Below the pieces are notes generated by a model. That model was not told where the DNA came from. It ran no database searches and worked only from the letters and a program-made list of their open reading frames with translations. Both the position numbers and the translations under genes were made by a program. Source: Ignavibacteriales bacterium (lineage in GTDB: Bacteria > Bacteroidota > Ignavibacteria > UBA10030 > UBA6906). Taken from it: 64,000 bases of DNA. The stretch covers positions 1-64,000 of the forward strand of contig JBBIRR010000009.1 in NCBI GenBank assembly GCA_037441705.1. Reading direction: 5' to 3'. Positions 10,057 through 20,994 of the stretch are shown in pieces (position 1 is the stretch's first letter; the number at the start of each line of letters is the position of its first letter).

Positions 10057-11775
10057 CTACAGATGAATGGGATGAGAAGGGCCGGGCAGTTTTGTTGACG
10101 CACTCACCAGAGCGCCTGCACGTTCAAGCGCCTCGGCGAGATTCCCACAAAAATTCTCTTCGCCGATCTGATCCAGCAATCCCGACTGTTGAAGCGCGAA
10201 GAGCGGCTGTTTGTGCACACCTGAAATGAGCAGATGGGTGCCTTGCGCCTTCAGGTCTTTCCACAAATCCTCCATGGCGCGAAGGCCCGTCGCATCGATG
10301 GCAAGCAAACGGCGGGTTTCAAGAATAAACACCCGTGGCTTTTCTTGAAGAGCTCGTATCGCTTCAGTGAACTGCTCGACGGCACCAAAAAAGAGAGACC
10401 CGTACACCTCAAAGACTTCCACCCCGGCCGGCACCGCGAGCTTTTGTCCTTCCTCCTCTTCATCCGTTTCTTCCTGCAAGTCGCGGGTGATCGCGTTCAC
10501 CTGACTGACCTGCGCCATCCGGCGAATGAAGAACAGAGCCGAGAGAATGACACCAATCTGGATGGCCACGGTCAGGTCAATGACCACAGTGAGCAGAAAG
10601 GTGACAACCATGACCGTCACGTCGCTGCGAGGACTGCGCAGAATCTTGACGAACGAATGCCACTCACTCATGTTGTATGCGACAACGATCAGTATGGCAG
10701 CGAGTGTCGGCATCGGAATGAGGACAGCCCACTGTCCGAAAAACAACATGATGAGTAACAGAACGCATGCGTGCACAATCCCTGCAATGGGAGTGCGTCC
10801 CCCGTTCTTCACGTTGGTTGCGGTGCGAGCAATCGCCCCGGTGGCAGGAATTCCCCCGAACAGCGGCGAGAGGATGTTGGCCGCTCCTTGCGCGATCAAC
10901 TCCGCGTTCGGTCGATGGCGTGAGCGAATCATGCCATCGGCAACAACGGCAGAGAGCAACGACTCGATCGCGCCGAGGATCGCAATGGTCATCGCCGGCG
11001 AGACCATCCGCGTCATGGTGTTCCACGATACTTCCGGCAGCCGGGGTGGCGGCAGCGTGTTGGGCACGCTTCCAAAACGACTGCCGATGGTCTCCACGGG
11101 AATGTGCAGAAGATGAACCGCAGCCGTTGCAACAACAATGGCAATCAGCGATCCGGGAATGCGATGGGTAATCCGCGGCCAGAAGACCATGATCAGAAGT
11201 GACACGGCGCCAACTGCGAGGGCATTGATATCAATGGCAGCAGCGTTCTGAGCATAGACGGTCCATTTTTCCACAAAATCGGCAGGCAGATTCGGGATCG
11301 GCAGACCAAAGAAGTCTTTGAGCTGTGAAGAGAAGATGATGAGCGCAATCCCGCTTGTAAACCCGACGGTCAGGGGATAGGGAACAAACTTGAGGAGCGT
11401 TCCCAGCCTTGCAAGGCCCATCACGATCAAAATAACCCCTGCCATCAAGGTCGCCACGGCAAGGCCGTCGTAGCCGTACGTCTGCACAATGTGGTAGACG
11501 ATGACGATGAATGCACCCGTCGGGCCGGCAATCTGCACACGACTCCCGCCAAACGCTGAGACTACAAGTCCCGCTATCACGGCGGTGAACAAACCCTGCT
11601 CGGGTTTCACTCCCGACGCGATGGCGAACGCGATCGCCAACGGAAGCGCTACGATACCAACAATGAGTCCTGCGACGAGATCAGAGAGGAGCTGTTGCTT
11701 CGAGTATCCTTCCCTCAGGAGGCTGAGGAGCTTAGGCTCGAATATCTTGCGGGATTCCTTGGGGTGAGCTTTCAT
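10057..11775 (-). CDS. SulP/SLC26 anion permease with STAS domain
   Basis: DLVAGLIVGIVALPLAIAFAIASG, GPTGAF, ATGAIARTATNVKNGGRTP, STAS motif IDATG. Confidence 0.95.
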   Translation of the reverse strand: MKAHPKESRKIFEPKLLSLLREGYSKQQLLSDLVAGLIVGIVALPLAIAFAIASGVKPEQGLFTAVIAGLVVSAFGGSRVQIAGPTGAFIVIVYHIVQTYGYDGLAVATLMAGVILIVMGLARLGTLLKFVPYPLTVGFTSGIALIIFSSQLKDFFGLPIPNLPADFVEKWTVYAQNAAAIDINALAVGAVSLLIMVFWPRITHRIPGSLIAIVVATAAVHLLHIPVETIGSRFGSVPNTLPPPRLPEVSWNTMTRMVSPAMTIAILGAIESLLSAVVADGMIRSRHRPNAELIAQGAANILSPLFGGIPATGAIARTATNVKNGGRTPIAGIVHACVLLLIMLFFGQWAVLIPMPTLAAILIVVAYNMSEWHSFVKILRSPRSDVTVMVVTFLLTVVIDLTVAIQIGVILSALFFIRRMAQVSQVNAITRDLQEETDEEEEGQKLAVPAGVEVFEVYGSLFFGAVEQFTEAIRALQEKPRVFILETRRLLAIDATGLRAMEDLWKDLKAQGTHLLISGVHKQPLFALQQSGLLDQIGEENFCGNLAEALERAGALVSASTKLPGPSHPIHL

Positions 11776-11893
11776 ATCCAAGCGTATGTGTTGCAGTTCC
11801 GTTGATCACATCAGCATTGCGTCGCGTCTGCGACGCGCAATGATAGTAGATTTTCGAAGGAAAAGCAATCAGAAGCCCTTCCGGCGATCCTGC

Positions 11894-14485
11894 TCATTCG
11901 ATGACGTCAGCGAGATGATTCACTGCACGCCGAATGCGTGTGTCATCCCCTTCCAGTTGCATGATCCGCTGCCGCAATCCTGCCAGCAGATGATTGAACC
12001 GCGCCACTTCATTACGATAGGTCTTCGGATCGAGTGAGATCCTTTCACCGGTTTGTGCTGCCTCAATAAGCTCTGGCGGCGACCAATCCTTGGGCCACAG
12101 ACCGTTCAAGAGATCCATTGCCTTGCGCAGGCGCGCTAACTTTTCCGCCATTCCCTGAAGAGCGTGGATGCTGGAACTTTCACCGAAGCGTACAACAATC
12201 TCCACCGCTCTATCCGTCCTCGAACGCGGCACGCGAACGAGAATCGTACACGAGTTCCCATCATAACTCCACGTTACGGGCTTTGCTGTTCGCGAGAATA
12301 GGACGGCTTGTTGACCGATCGTAACCGCTTCGGGCGGCACGAAACCGACAAGGCGAATCTCGTATGTCCGTTCACCTTCACGCGGCAACGTTCCTTCCAC
12401 CGACTCGATGCGTACGCGGAGCGTTCGGCCCTCCTCTCGGAAGGACACAGGTGTCCATGCACAAACTCCTTTCTGGTAGCCGAGCGAGTTTCCCTCGTCT
12501 TCGTACACACGGACCGAACCCGAGTCGCCGGGGAAAATGGCAAGAACCAGCGAGTCGTCATATCCTTTCGTCGCATTGTTCGCCGGCTCGCGCATCGGAA
12601 CTATCGAACCTGCTCGAACATACACGGGGATTTCATCGAGGGCAAACGTCCGATTGACGACAGCAGGCCCAGCGAAGATTCTTCCGCTTGACCACTCGAT
12701 CCACTCTCCTGGAGGAATCCAGACACGTTTGCTGGCGAGAAGTGATTCGGGCCTGATGGGCGCGACCACAGGTGCTGCAACCATTGCATCGCCGAACTGA
12801 TACTGTTCTCGGAAGTCGTACGCCTCGTCGAACTCCGGAAAATCGTAGTACAGCGGGCGGCAAAGTGAAAGTCCGGTGTCATACGCTTTGCGTGCCTCGG
12901 TGTAGATGTACGGCAAGAGGCTCGAGCGAAGGAGGACGGCCTTCCGCATGGCATCGAAATACTCGTAGGGGTAGGCCCAGATGCGTCGCTCCGCGTCGGG
13001 GTTCTTGGTTGTATGCGTACGAAGAACAGGACTGAACGCCCCCCACTGAACCCAGCGCGTGTACAGCTCCGGATTCACCGGCCCCGGAATGTGCCCGCCG
13101 ATGTCGTGACTCCAGTACCCAAACGCGACATTTGCGGCCGTTGCCGTGAAGTACGGCTGAAACGCGAGCGAACTCCAATCAGAAATCACATCGCCCGAAA
13201 ACCCGACCTGATACCGATGGTTTCCCAATCCTCCCCACCGCGCAAGAATCACGGGCCGCCGGTTTTTCTGACGCTCCATGTCGGTGAAGAACGTATAATT
13301 GATCCACCATGTTGGATTGAGAGTTGGGATACGTGTCGTATCCCACTGCTGCCAGTCCATCCACCAAAAATCTACGCCCTGTCGCTCAAGCGGACGAAGA
13401 ACGATTTCGAAATAATTCTGCGCGAATTTCTTGTCGAGCAAATCGAACGGAACGTATCGCTGACGTGTCGGATCCATACCCATGGCTCTTGCCATCGCGG
13501 GATACACTTCTTCGTGCGGTTGAATTCCCGACGCGGGATGAAGATTGAGCGTCACCTTCAGGCCCTTCTCTTTACACCATTGCAGGAAACCTTCGGGGTC
13601 GGGAAAAAGAATCCTGTCCCAGGTGTAACCCGTCCACCCGAGACGCTGACCGGCCTGATCACGCCGATCCTTGTGCCATCGCAGATCGAACGTGAGATGC
13701 CAATCCATGTCAACGACAAGAACATCGAGCGGAATGTTGAACATCTCGAACTGCCGGACAAGCTCCCGCAACTCCTGATCGGTGTACGACCAGTAGCGCG
13801 ACCACCACAGGCCAAAGACGTATCGCGGAGGCAGCGGAATTCTTCCGGCCACATTGATAAACTCTCCCAGCGCCTTCTTGTACTCATGCCCATGGCCGAA
13901 GAAGTAGAGGTCCTGACGTTCGCCGGGATCTCGTCGCATCACCCACGGCCACTCGCTGTCATCGAACACGGGCGAGTCGCTGTCATCAACAATGGTCCAA
14001 CCATCACGCGAAAGCAAACCCGGAGCGAGAGGGATGGCTCCCTTGACGCCGTCCAGCGTTCGAATCGTTCCACCGAGATTTGCTTTATCCGTCATACCCG
14101 GGCGCCAGACGCGTTTGGCTCCTGCAACGAAAAACGCAATCTCCAAATTAGCGGCATCAAACCTGCCGGCTGTCCGCCGGTAGCGCAGCGCAAGTTTCTC
14201 CGTCTTCAGCACAAACCACTCCGTGTCAGTCCGGGTATGGAACGACGGAACAGGCAGCCGGCGGTTGATGAAGACGAGCGATGCCCGGTCTTCGAATCTT
14301 CCGTCGGCGGACCATTCCAGCCGAATCAGCTGAGGTGTCAACACCGTAAATCGGGCGTTGCCCACCGTGACGATCGCTCGCGGATCGGCCACCGGATTAC
14401 CTGGCTCGGCTGCAAGTAGTTGTTGGGTAGAAGGAACGAGACGAAGAACCAGCACCGCGCACATGATGAACGATCTCGTGCTCAT
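11894..14485 (-). CDS. Glycoside hydrolase family 31, secreted
   Basis: WWSRYW, VVDMDWH, FWWMDWQQ (nucleophile region), GFSGD, WSHDIGG; signal-peptide-like N-terminus. Confidence 0.9.
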   Translation of the reverse strand: MSTRSFIMCAVLVLRLVPSTQQLLAAEPGNPVADPRAIVTVGNARFTVLTPQLIRLEWSADGRFEDRASLVFINRRLPVPSFHTRTDTEWFVLKTEKLALRYRRTAGRFDAANLEIAFFVAGAKRVWRPGMTDKANLGGTIRTLDGVKGAIPLAPGLLSRDGWTIVDDSDSPVFDDSEWPWVMRRDPGERQDLYFFGHGHEYKKALGEFINVAGRIPLPPRYVFGLWWSRYWSYTDQELRELVRQFEMFNIPLDVLVVDMDWHLTFDLRWHKDRRDQAGQRLGWTGYTWDRILFPDPEGFLQWCKEKGLKVTLNLHPASGIQPHEEVYPAMARAMGMDPTRQRYVPFDLLDKKFAQNYFEIVLRPLERQGVDFWWMDWQQWDTTRIPTLNPTWWINYTFFTDMERQKNRRPVILARWGGLGNHRYQVGFSGDVISDWSSLAFQPYFTATAANVAFGYWSHDIGGHIPGPVNPELYTRWVQWGAFSPVLRTHTTKNPDAERRIWAYPYEYFDAMRKAVLLRSSLLPYIYTEARKAYDTGLSLCRPLYYDFPEFDEAYDFREQYQFGDAMVAAPVVAPIRPESLLASKRVWIPPGEWIEWSSGRIFAGPAVVNRTFALDEIPVYVRAGSIVPMREPANNATKGYDDSLVLAIFPGDSGSVRVYEDEGNSLGYQKGVCAWTPVSFREEGRTLRVRIESVEGTLPREGERTYEIRLVGFVPPEAVTIGQQAVLFSRTAKPVTWSYDGNSCTILVRVPRSRTDRAVEIVVRFGESSSIHALQGMAEKLARLRKAMDLLNGLWPKDWSPPELIEAAQTGERISLDPKTYRNEVARFNHLLAGLRQRIMQLEGDDTRIRRAVNHLADVIE

Positions 14486-14531
14486 GAAAACATTCCTTGA
14501 AGAATGTGGATGTGATCGGAAGAGGAAAGCA

Positions 14532-17096
14532 TCACCTGAGAATGATTTCGACGGCATGCCGCACGAACTCGCCGCGATTGCCGGACGGCATTTTCACTTT
14601 GAGAATGTCGCCGACGATGGCGCCTCCTGCAACACTGCTCGCCAGCTCGCCGTTCAGCAGGCGGAGGTCGTATTCCTCGTTTGCCCGACCTTCAACGGCA
14701 AGCGCAAGCCGGTTGCTCTGACGTTTGACCGACAGAATTTTCAGACCTCTATCCGGATCGCCTGTTTGTGAGTTTGGCTTGAGAGGCAGCAATTCAAGGG
14801 TCGGCACAAACTCTACTTCGATTGTGAGAGAGGAGGAGCGAAGCTCAGCTTGCACAACGGGCTGCGTTACTTGCTCGTACGTCCGGACTTCGAATGCCGC
14901 AGGCGCCCCGTTGATTTTTGCAGAGCGGATTGTACTGCCTGCGGCGAGCCCGGGAGCGAACCGCAGCGCGTATGATGCACTCCGCTGCGACTCGACCTCG
15001 AGGATAATTCTGTCACGGTGTCGTCGAACGTTGAGGGCGAACGCAGCATCTCCGATGCGATAATTCTTCACCGAGAGTTCAGGCCAATCAGCAGGAAGGT
15101 GCGGGGCAAAGGATACCTGCCTCGCGTGTGCGTCCCCTTCGAGTCCTAACAGGCCGCGCACCGTAGGCAGAACAACCCCGGCGCTGGAGAAGCCCTGATG
15201 CGAGACGGCTTCTTGCAGCCAGATGTTCGACGCACCGGAAAACACCTCGCTCGCTGCGCCTGCTTGATTATCGAACGAGTGCCGCACGGCTGTCATCAGC
15301 GTGTGGTAGCCTTGCAGGGCAGCGTGATGCTTATACTGCGCTGTGGCAACCCAGCTTCCGATGAAGGGCCACACCGCACCGTAGTTGTAATTCATCGGTT
15401 CGTAGTACGTGCTTCTGTTGGACATACTGCGCACGCCCCAATCCGTTGTCAGCTCCGATGAGTTGATGCGCTCGAGCGTTTGAAGGCTGTGCAGCGAATC
15501 GCCAAGCTCCCAACTCAATCCGACGGCGGGCCAGGGTACGAGTTCCGTTACCTGTTCTCCTTTTGCATTGAACGCGTACGTATAGTAGCCGCCCGCTTCG
15601 TACCAGAATTTTTTGTCAAATGCGGACTTTGCTTTTTCGTAATCGGCGTGGGCAGCGGCACTCATCGCCTTGTCGCCGACGACGTTCGCGAGCCTGTGCA
15701 TCGCATAGGCCGCCCTCGCCCACACCGCCGCCAGATACACATCGGTCTCGATGCCGGTCAACGCCCCGAACTCCAACGCTCCCAATCCTGCTTTCTTGTT
15801 GTCCATCAGGCCATCGCCGTTCGCATCCGTCGAACGACACCACGCGTACGCGCGCTTCAACGACGACCAGCTTTGCTTCACAAACGTTCGATCGCCGGAC
15901 ATTCTGTAGTAGTCGTACATGGCCGCAAGATAGAACGGCGTTGTATCGCCATGAATATACCCGAAATGATACTTGCCGAACCAGTCAACGTACGCTGCTG
16001 CCTGTGTCAGTTCGTGCGCCATCTTGCCGTCTTCGCGCTGCGTCTTCTGCGTGAACGTGAGCGCATCCTTTACGGCGGCGTAGTTGCAGAAGCTGTTCAA
16101 ACTGAAGGAATTGATGAATGCATCGCCGCCGAAGAACCACCCGAAACCGGGACGGCCGCTGGTACCCGAAGCGCCCAATCCCGCGATCAACCCCCGACCC
16201 AGATCAGGATTCTCAACCAGCAGATTGTCATACGCGACCTTCGCCCATTCGAACGCGAGATTCAATTGCTTATCCGGCGCGATGATCCGGAGGAGTTCAT
16301 CACGAATCTGTTTGTAGTGATCGAATGCTTCACGGTAAAGTGCATGCGGATCTCGTTGGAGATTTTCATACACCTCACGAACACTCTGAAACGTTCCCTT
16401 GCCCCCTGCCATGTAGATGGGGATAAACCTGTCGGCCACAGCCTTGACGTCCTTGATTTCGATCTTGAATTCCTGCGGCATATCGCCGAGCATGTGGGCG
16501 GGCGTGTACGAGATCCCTTCACCTGCCGGTGATCCTACCAGAGCGTGATTGTTCCGCGACGATTCAGAAATGATGTATGCCTTCAACTTGTCATCCCAAT
16601 ACGAATACTGCCCGCCAATGCCGGCGGGCCACATCGGCTGGAGAACCGGCAGGAACCCACACACGATCGTCAGCGGCTCAACACTCTGGACATGGAGGAG
16701 GATGACTGCACCGGGACTGTGCATTGCCGCTACGTATGTCGCCTGAACCGTGAATGACTGATGAGCGTAGGTGATGGTCGTTGCTTCGGGAGTAGCAGAG
16801 ATGAAACGAACGACATCCGCGGCTTTGAGAGGGCGCGTGGAGTTGCCAAGAAGAAAAGAAAACTCAAAATTTCGAAACAGCTTCAACGGATATGCCCACG
16901 CTTCAAAGCTGCCGCTCTCGTATCCGAGGATGGCAAACTTCCGCCCGACTTTGTCGAAGGGCGCGTGGGGACGGGCAATGCGACGAATCTCAAGCTCATT
17001 GCGCTGAAGGTCGAACGACGGAATCAATCCCTCCTGCGCCGATAGTGAATGCAGGACGGAAGATGCCGTCAGGAGTGTGAACAAGAAGCGTTTCAT
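14532..17096 (-). CDS. Secreted (alpha/alpha)6-barrel glycoside hydrolase (amylo-alpha-1,6-glucosidase/GDE-like)
   Basis: Signal peptide MKRFLFTLLTASSVLHSLSA; GFGWFFGGDA, GKMAHE, DTTPFYL, YNYGAVWPF. Confidence 0.75.
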   Translation of the reverse strand: MKRFLFTLLTASSVLHSLSAQEGLIPSFDLQRNELEIRRIARPHAPFDKVGRKFAILGYESGSFEAWAYPLKLFRNFEFSFLLGNSTRPLKAADVVRFISATPEATTITYAHQSFTVQATYVAAMHSPGAVILLHVQSVEPLTIVCGFLPVLQPMWPAGIGGQYSYWDDKLKAYIISESSRNNHALVGSPAGEGISYTPAHMLGDMPQEFKIEIKDVKAVADRFIPIYMAGGKGTFQSVREVYENLQRDPHALYREAFDHYKQIRDELLRIIAPDKQLNLAFEWAKVAYDNLLVENPDLGRGLIAGLGASGTSGRPGFGWFFGGDAFINSFSLNSFCNYAAVKDALTFTQKTQREDGKMAHELTQAAAYVDWFGKYHFGYIHGDTTPFYLAAMYDYYRMSGDRTFVKQSWSSLKRAYAWCRSTDANGDGLMDNKKAGLGALEFGALTGIETDVYLAAVWARAAYAMHRLANVVGDKAMSAAAHADYEKAKSAFDKKFWYEAGGYYTYAFNAKGEQVTELVPWPAVGLSWELGDSLHSLQTLERINSSELTTDWGVRSMSNRSTYYEPMNYNYGAVWPFIGSWVATAQYKHHAALQGYHTLMTAVRHSFDNQAGAASEVFSGASNIWLQEAVSHQGFSSAGVVLPTVRGLLGLEGDAHARQVSFAPHLPADWPELSVKNYRIGDAAFALNVRRHRDRIILEVESQRSASYALRFAPGLAAGSTIRSAKINGAPAAFEVRTYEQVTQPVVQAELRSSSLTIEVEFVPTLELLPLKPNSQTGDPDRGLKILSVKRQSNRLALAVEGRANEEYDLRLLNGELASSVAGGAIVGDILKVKMPSGNRGEFVRHAVEIILR

Positions 17097-17103
17097 AGAA
17101 TCA

Positions 17104-19254
17104 TTACCTCTGATATGAGAGATCATACATCATGCGCGCAACAAGTCCATCCCAGATATACTCTCGGTGCCATCCACCCCACGCCGCATCCGGACTGTAC
17201 AATTCCCAGAATGAATGATTTGTCTTCAACTGAGCAATCATCGCTGCGGCGACTTTCTCCGCCAGCAGCTCCGCCTCCCTTCTATAGCCGTAGTCCATGA
17301 GACCACGGAAGATCAGATACTGCCACTGCACCCACACAGGGCCATTCCAGTAGCCCTGCGGATCGTAGTACGCGTCATCGGCGGCAAGTGTAGGAATGCC
17401 GTACTTCCGCCAGAACATGCTTGTATCAGTCAGCGCTTTGACAAGCGCCGCCGCCTGTGACGGATGTGCAACCCCTGCCCAGAGCGGCAGAAATCCGATG
17501 ATCTCTCGTCGCTTCAGGTCGTTATGCTTCTGATGCGTGAACGAGTGATCCTTCACGTTCACATGATAGTAGAATTGCGACTGCGGATCCCACATGTATC
17601 TGTTGATCCGTTCCTCGCGCCGCCGGCTCTCGTTGCGCCATCTCGCAACATCTTCCGATCGACCGAGAGCCTGCGCCATCTGGGCAAGCGATTTCGCCTC
17701 TTTCACGAGCATGCAATTGAGATCGAGCGCCTCGAAATTGGAAGGCCAGCCAACCTCGTCCCAAACCGCAACCTTGCCGTCGCGGACGGATTCCAACACG
17801 GCGTGTCCGCCCCATTCACACAGACCGTCACGATCGACGTCACGGTTCTTCAGCCAATACTCATAGAAACGCACACCCGCGCGATAGGCCTCAGCAAGAA
17901 ATTGTTTGTCCTGCGTATGCCGGTACAACTCCCAATTCTCCCAGCAGAACCACGGCGCGGATGTCGTGAGTTGATTGTCGTAGGCGATGGTCTCGTCCAG
18001 ATACGGTCCGGTGCGATAGTTGATGTAGCCGTCAGGCTGTTGCCGCTCGATGAAGACGCGCTGCGAATTCATGGCTGAAGTCGGATCCATCAATACGTAG
18101 GCGAGCATGGCAAGACTTTCATGGAACACCTGACCGCCGTGGCCCCAGCCCCACTGTGGCTCTCTCGAAAACACGTAGTAGTTGAAGCTACACTTTCCTT
18201 CCGGAGGAAGCATGCACTGGCGCAGCAGCGTGAACGCATTCCAGTACAGAAGTTCGTGTTCATAATTGGTGAAAAGAACACGTGGGATTGCGTTGAACAG
18301 GCGCTCGTTCCGTCGCAGGTGATGCCCGATGTTCTCGTCCAACGCCTGCCGCGCCTCAAACGATAAGCGAGCAGCATTGGTGTCCACCGGCGCTACCGAC
18401 CGCACAAACCGTAAGCGCTCGCTCGCCCCCGGCATCAACGTAATCGTCTTCCGCACCGCTACAACCTTTGCCGAATCGAGGTCGGCGCTCAGGCCCCGGT
18501 CGGCAAAGATTCTCTTCAGATCGAGATCCGGAAACGCGAGCAAATCATCCGACTTATGAGAAGAAAGGAAGACATTTTGAACCTTCTCGACATGCGGGAT
18601 TGCGTGTTCGAGCGTCCAGCGATCGGGCGGCTCGGTGTGCTCGAAGGTGAGAGCGTTCTGAGCGCGATCCCGCTGCACGCTCTTGAAGCGTCGCGTCGGG
18701 TTGTAGAGAAAGCTTGCGCACGTGAGCGTAACCTCCGTAGGCCCATCGTTGCGCAGCACTACATCGTGCAATGCTGTCCGAGAGGTGAGGACCAGAAATG
18801 CGGCTTCGACGATTATTCCCTTGAAGGGCGAGAAGGAGTGGAGAACAAGATCCGGATACGAAGCGCTAATCATCACCTTCCGATCCATCTCGTGCAGCTT
18901 GTACCTGATCAATCCTTGAGCCTGAAATGCAATGTACCAGTCTCCGGCCGAGTCGGTCGTAAAGCAAAGCCCGCGCGCCGAATCGTAGTACACGAAATGA
19001 TATCCTTCATCGAGGATAAATTGCGAGCGCTCGATCGCTGCGGCGTAGGTTGTATACAACGGCGTCCGCTCATCTGCCGAAAGCGTGGAGAGAAATGATG
19101 GAGAGTCGTGTTCACCGGCGGGCGCGACGCGCGCGCTATCGTGAGATGCCGCGCTGACCTGAAGGAAGCAGAGAACGGTACACAAGGCGAAGGCGCGCCC
19201 TCGATTGCGCGGCGTTCGCCGTACCCTCACTCTTATGCACAGACTCGAAAACAA
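17104..19254 (-). CDS. GH63/MGH1-like (alpha/alpha)6 glycoside hydrolase; start uncertain
   Basis: ESVRD, LDLNCML, MWD..FYY, GFLPLWAG, YWNGPVW, FWELYSP; stop lies 7 nt before the next gene. Confidence 0.75.
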   Translation of the reverse strand: MFSSLCIRVRVRRTPRNRGRAFALCTVLCFLQVSAASHDSARVAPAGEHDSPSFLSTLSADERTPLYTTYAAAIERSQFILDEGYHFVYYDSARGLCFTTDSAGDWYIAFQAQGLIRYKLHEMDRKVMISASYPDLVLHSFSPFKGIIVEAAFLVLTSRTALHDVVLRNDGPTEVTLTCASFLYNPTRRFKSVQRDRAQNALTFEHTEPPDRWTLEHAIPHVEKVQNVFLSSHKSDDLLAFPDLDLKRIFADRGLSADLDSAKVVAVRKTITLMPGASERLRFVRSVAPVDTNAARLSFEARQALDENIGHHLRRNERLFNAIPRVLFTNYEHELLYWNAFTLLRQCMLPPEGKCSFNYYVFSREPQWGWGHGGQVFHESLAMLAYVLMDPTSAMNSQRVFIERQQPDGYINYRTGPYLDETIAYDNQLTTSAPWFCWENWELYRHTQDKQFLAEAYRAGVRFYEYWLKNRDVDRDGLCEWGGHAVLESVRDGKVAVWDEVGWPSNFEALDLNCMLVKEAKSLAQMAQALGRSEDVARWRNESRRREERINRYMWDPQSQFYYHVNVKDHSFTHQKHNDLKRREIIGFLPLWAGVAHPSQAAALVKALTDTSMFWRKYGIPTLAADDAYYDPQGYWNGPVWVQWQYLIFRGLMDYGYRREAELLAEKVAAAMIAQLKTNHSFWELYSPDAAWGGWHREYIWDGLVARMMYDLSYQR

Positions 19255-19335
19255 AATGTTGAGGCGTTGGAGTACGTTGAACAGTGTTGGCCGGCTCGTT
19301 CTTCCCCGTCAACGTAGATATTTCCAGTTGAAGTT

Positions 19336-20427
19336 TCAAGATGCAGAGCTATGCGCGAGCTGCGTCGGCGCCTGGCGGCGCTGTAGCATTCCGGCCGGTA
19401 CTCCCTTGCGCCGTATCGCGACCAGCTCTGCCACAATACTCAGCCCGATCTCTTCTGCCGTTAGGGCGCCGATATCAATGCCGATCGGAGCATGAACGGA
19501 AGCGAGACGTTCCTCCGCCAATCCCTTCTCACGAAGACGAGCAAACGTGGCAGCTACCTTCTTCGCACTCCCAATCATTCCTACATACTGCGCGTCGTAT
19601 TCGAGCACCTTCTCGAGGACCAGTTCATCGTGTCGGTGTCCTCGCGTAACGATCACGACGAACGTTGATGGCGTGATGGACAGTCGAGCAAATGTCTCAG
19701 CGAATCCTTCACACACTATCCGGTCAGCTTCCGGGAATCGTTCTCTGTTGGCAAACATCATACGATCATCCACAACAGTCACACGGAAGCCCGCCAGCGC
19801 TGCACACTGAGAGACAACTTTGCCGACGTGCCCGCCCCCGAAGATGACAAGAGGAGGCCGAGCCTCGATGAGTTCGGCCACATATTCAGCAGATCCCACC
19901 CGCACCCTCTCGATTGGATTCTCGCGCTTCAATCCCCCAATCGTCCTGCGAACATGTTCGCACGTCGTAGCGTCAAGCTCGTCCCCCGCGATCAATCGGC
20001 CATCCATCCCGCAGAGGCACTTCTTGATGCCTTGGCCTTCTTGCAGTACCGTAACAATCACAGAGTCGTTTCCCGCGGCTTCCTCCGCCACAACACGTTC
20101 AAAGACTGCGAGCATCGAATCATCAACCTGCTCAATCATCACCTCCACCTTTCCTCCGCAAATCAAACCCGTGTCCCCTACAGGATCATCAAGAGAGTAT
20201 GTGAAGAAATGCGGCTTCGTCAGTCGTTCGTGCTCTACTCTCCAGACGATTTCTGCATCGAGACACCCACCGCCGACCGTTCCTATGCTGGCGAGCGGAT
20301 CCGTGAAGCGCACGATCATGCGCGATTGCATTGGGGCAGGAGTGGAGCCTGAGGTCTTGATGATGGTTGCCAGCGCCGCAGTCTTCTCCTCACGCAGCAC
20401 TGTGCAAAGCTCTCTGAAGATTCTCAT
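19336..20427 (-). CDS. xdhC: XdhC/CoxI molybdoenzyme maturation factor
   Basis: GSTP..GTVGGGC, GLICGG, IFGGGHV, VTRGHRHD, YVGMIGS, APIGIDIG..EIGLSIVAE. Confidence 0.9.
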   Translation of the reverse strand: MRIFRELCTVLREEKTAALATIIKTSGSTPAPMQSRMIVRFTDPLASIGTVGGGCLDAEIVWRVEHERLTKPHFFTYSLDDPVGDTGLICGGKVEVMIEQVDDSMLAVFERVVAEEAAGNDSVIVTVLQEGQGIKKCLCGMDGRLIAGDELDATTCEHVRRTIGGLKRENPIERVRVGSAEYVAELIEARPPLVIFGGGHVGKVVSQCAALAGFRVTVVDDRMMFANRERFPEADRIVCEGFAETFARLSITPSTFVVIVTRGHRHDELVLEKVLEYDAQYVGMIGSAKKVAATFARLREKGLAEERLASVHAPIGIDIGALTAEEIGLSIVAELVAIRRKGVPAGMLQRRQAPTQLAHSSAS

Positions 20428-20989
20428 AATCTGCTACCGTATCAATATTCCGTATAACTCCGCTGTCCGGGCAGGGGACTTCCACCACGCTATCCCGATG
20501 TTGCCGGACAACAGCACGCGCGCCGATGGAAAGCGGCGCCTGTTTCAACTCTTGAAACAAAGTGGAAGGAAAGATTACAGGATGACCACGCTTCCCTTCA
20601 AACGTCGGCAGCACGAGAGCGGGTTGGTGAACGAGGAAACTTTCTACCAACGCATGGACGGTTCCGGCTGTAACCAACGGGTGATCAACGGGGTGGACGA
20701 TGACGGCGCTCGATTCTCCTCGCTCAGCTTCGGCAATGCCAACGATAAGCGACGAAAGTTGACCCCGCAGATAATCATGATTGACGACCACCGTGACATT
20801 CAAGTCCTTGATCTCCTCCCGCACATCATCAGCATGTGCGCCGAGTACGACGACAATGCGGGTGATGGCAGGATGGTTCAACGCCGCAATAATCCGTCGG
20901 ATGAATGTCTGCTTTCCAATCCTCAGCAGCGCCTTCGGGCGTCCCATTCGCTTCGACTCACCTGCGGCGAGGATGATGCCGGTAATCAT
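20390..20989 (-). CDS. mocA: Molybdenum cofactor cytidylyltransferase (MocA-like)
   Basis: ILAAGESKRMGRPKALL, PVDHP, GKRGHPV, NIDT; adjacent to XDH-family genes. Confidence 0.82.
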   Translation of the reverse strand: MITGIILAAGESKRMGRPKALLRIGKQTFIRRIIAALNHPAITRIVVVLGAHADDVREEIKDLNVTVVVNHDYLRGQLSSLIVGIAEAERGESSAVIVHPVDHPLVTAGTVHALVESFLVHQPALVLPTFEGKRGHPVIFPSTLFQELKQAPLSIGARAVVRQHRDSVVEVPCPDSGVIRNIDTVADYENLQRALHSAA

Positions 20990-20994
20990 GACGC

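Noticed and set aside
11815-11842. Hairpin CATTGCGTCGC-GTCT-GCGACGCGCAATG between the GH31 gene and sulP as a terminator
   Set aside because: There is no adjacent U tract on either strand, so its function cannot be supported.
13013-14419. 468-aa plus-strand ORF and similar long antisense ORFs (19820-21058, 22677-23957, 25986-27212, 37403-38596, 58455-59468)
   Set aside because: They lie opposite well-supported genes and have no recognisable motifs; such shadow ORFs are expected in GC-rich DNA.
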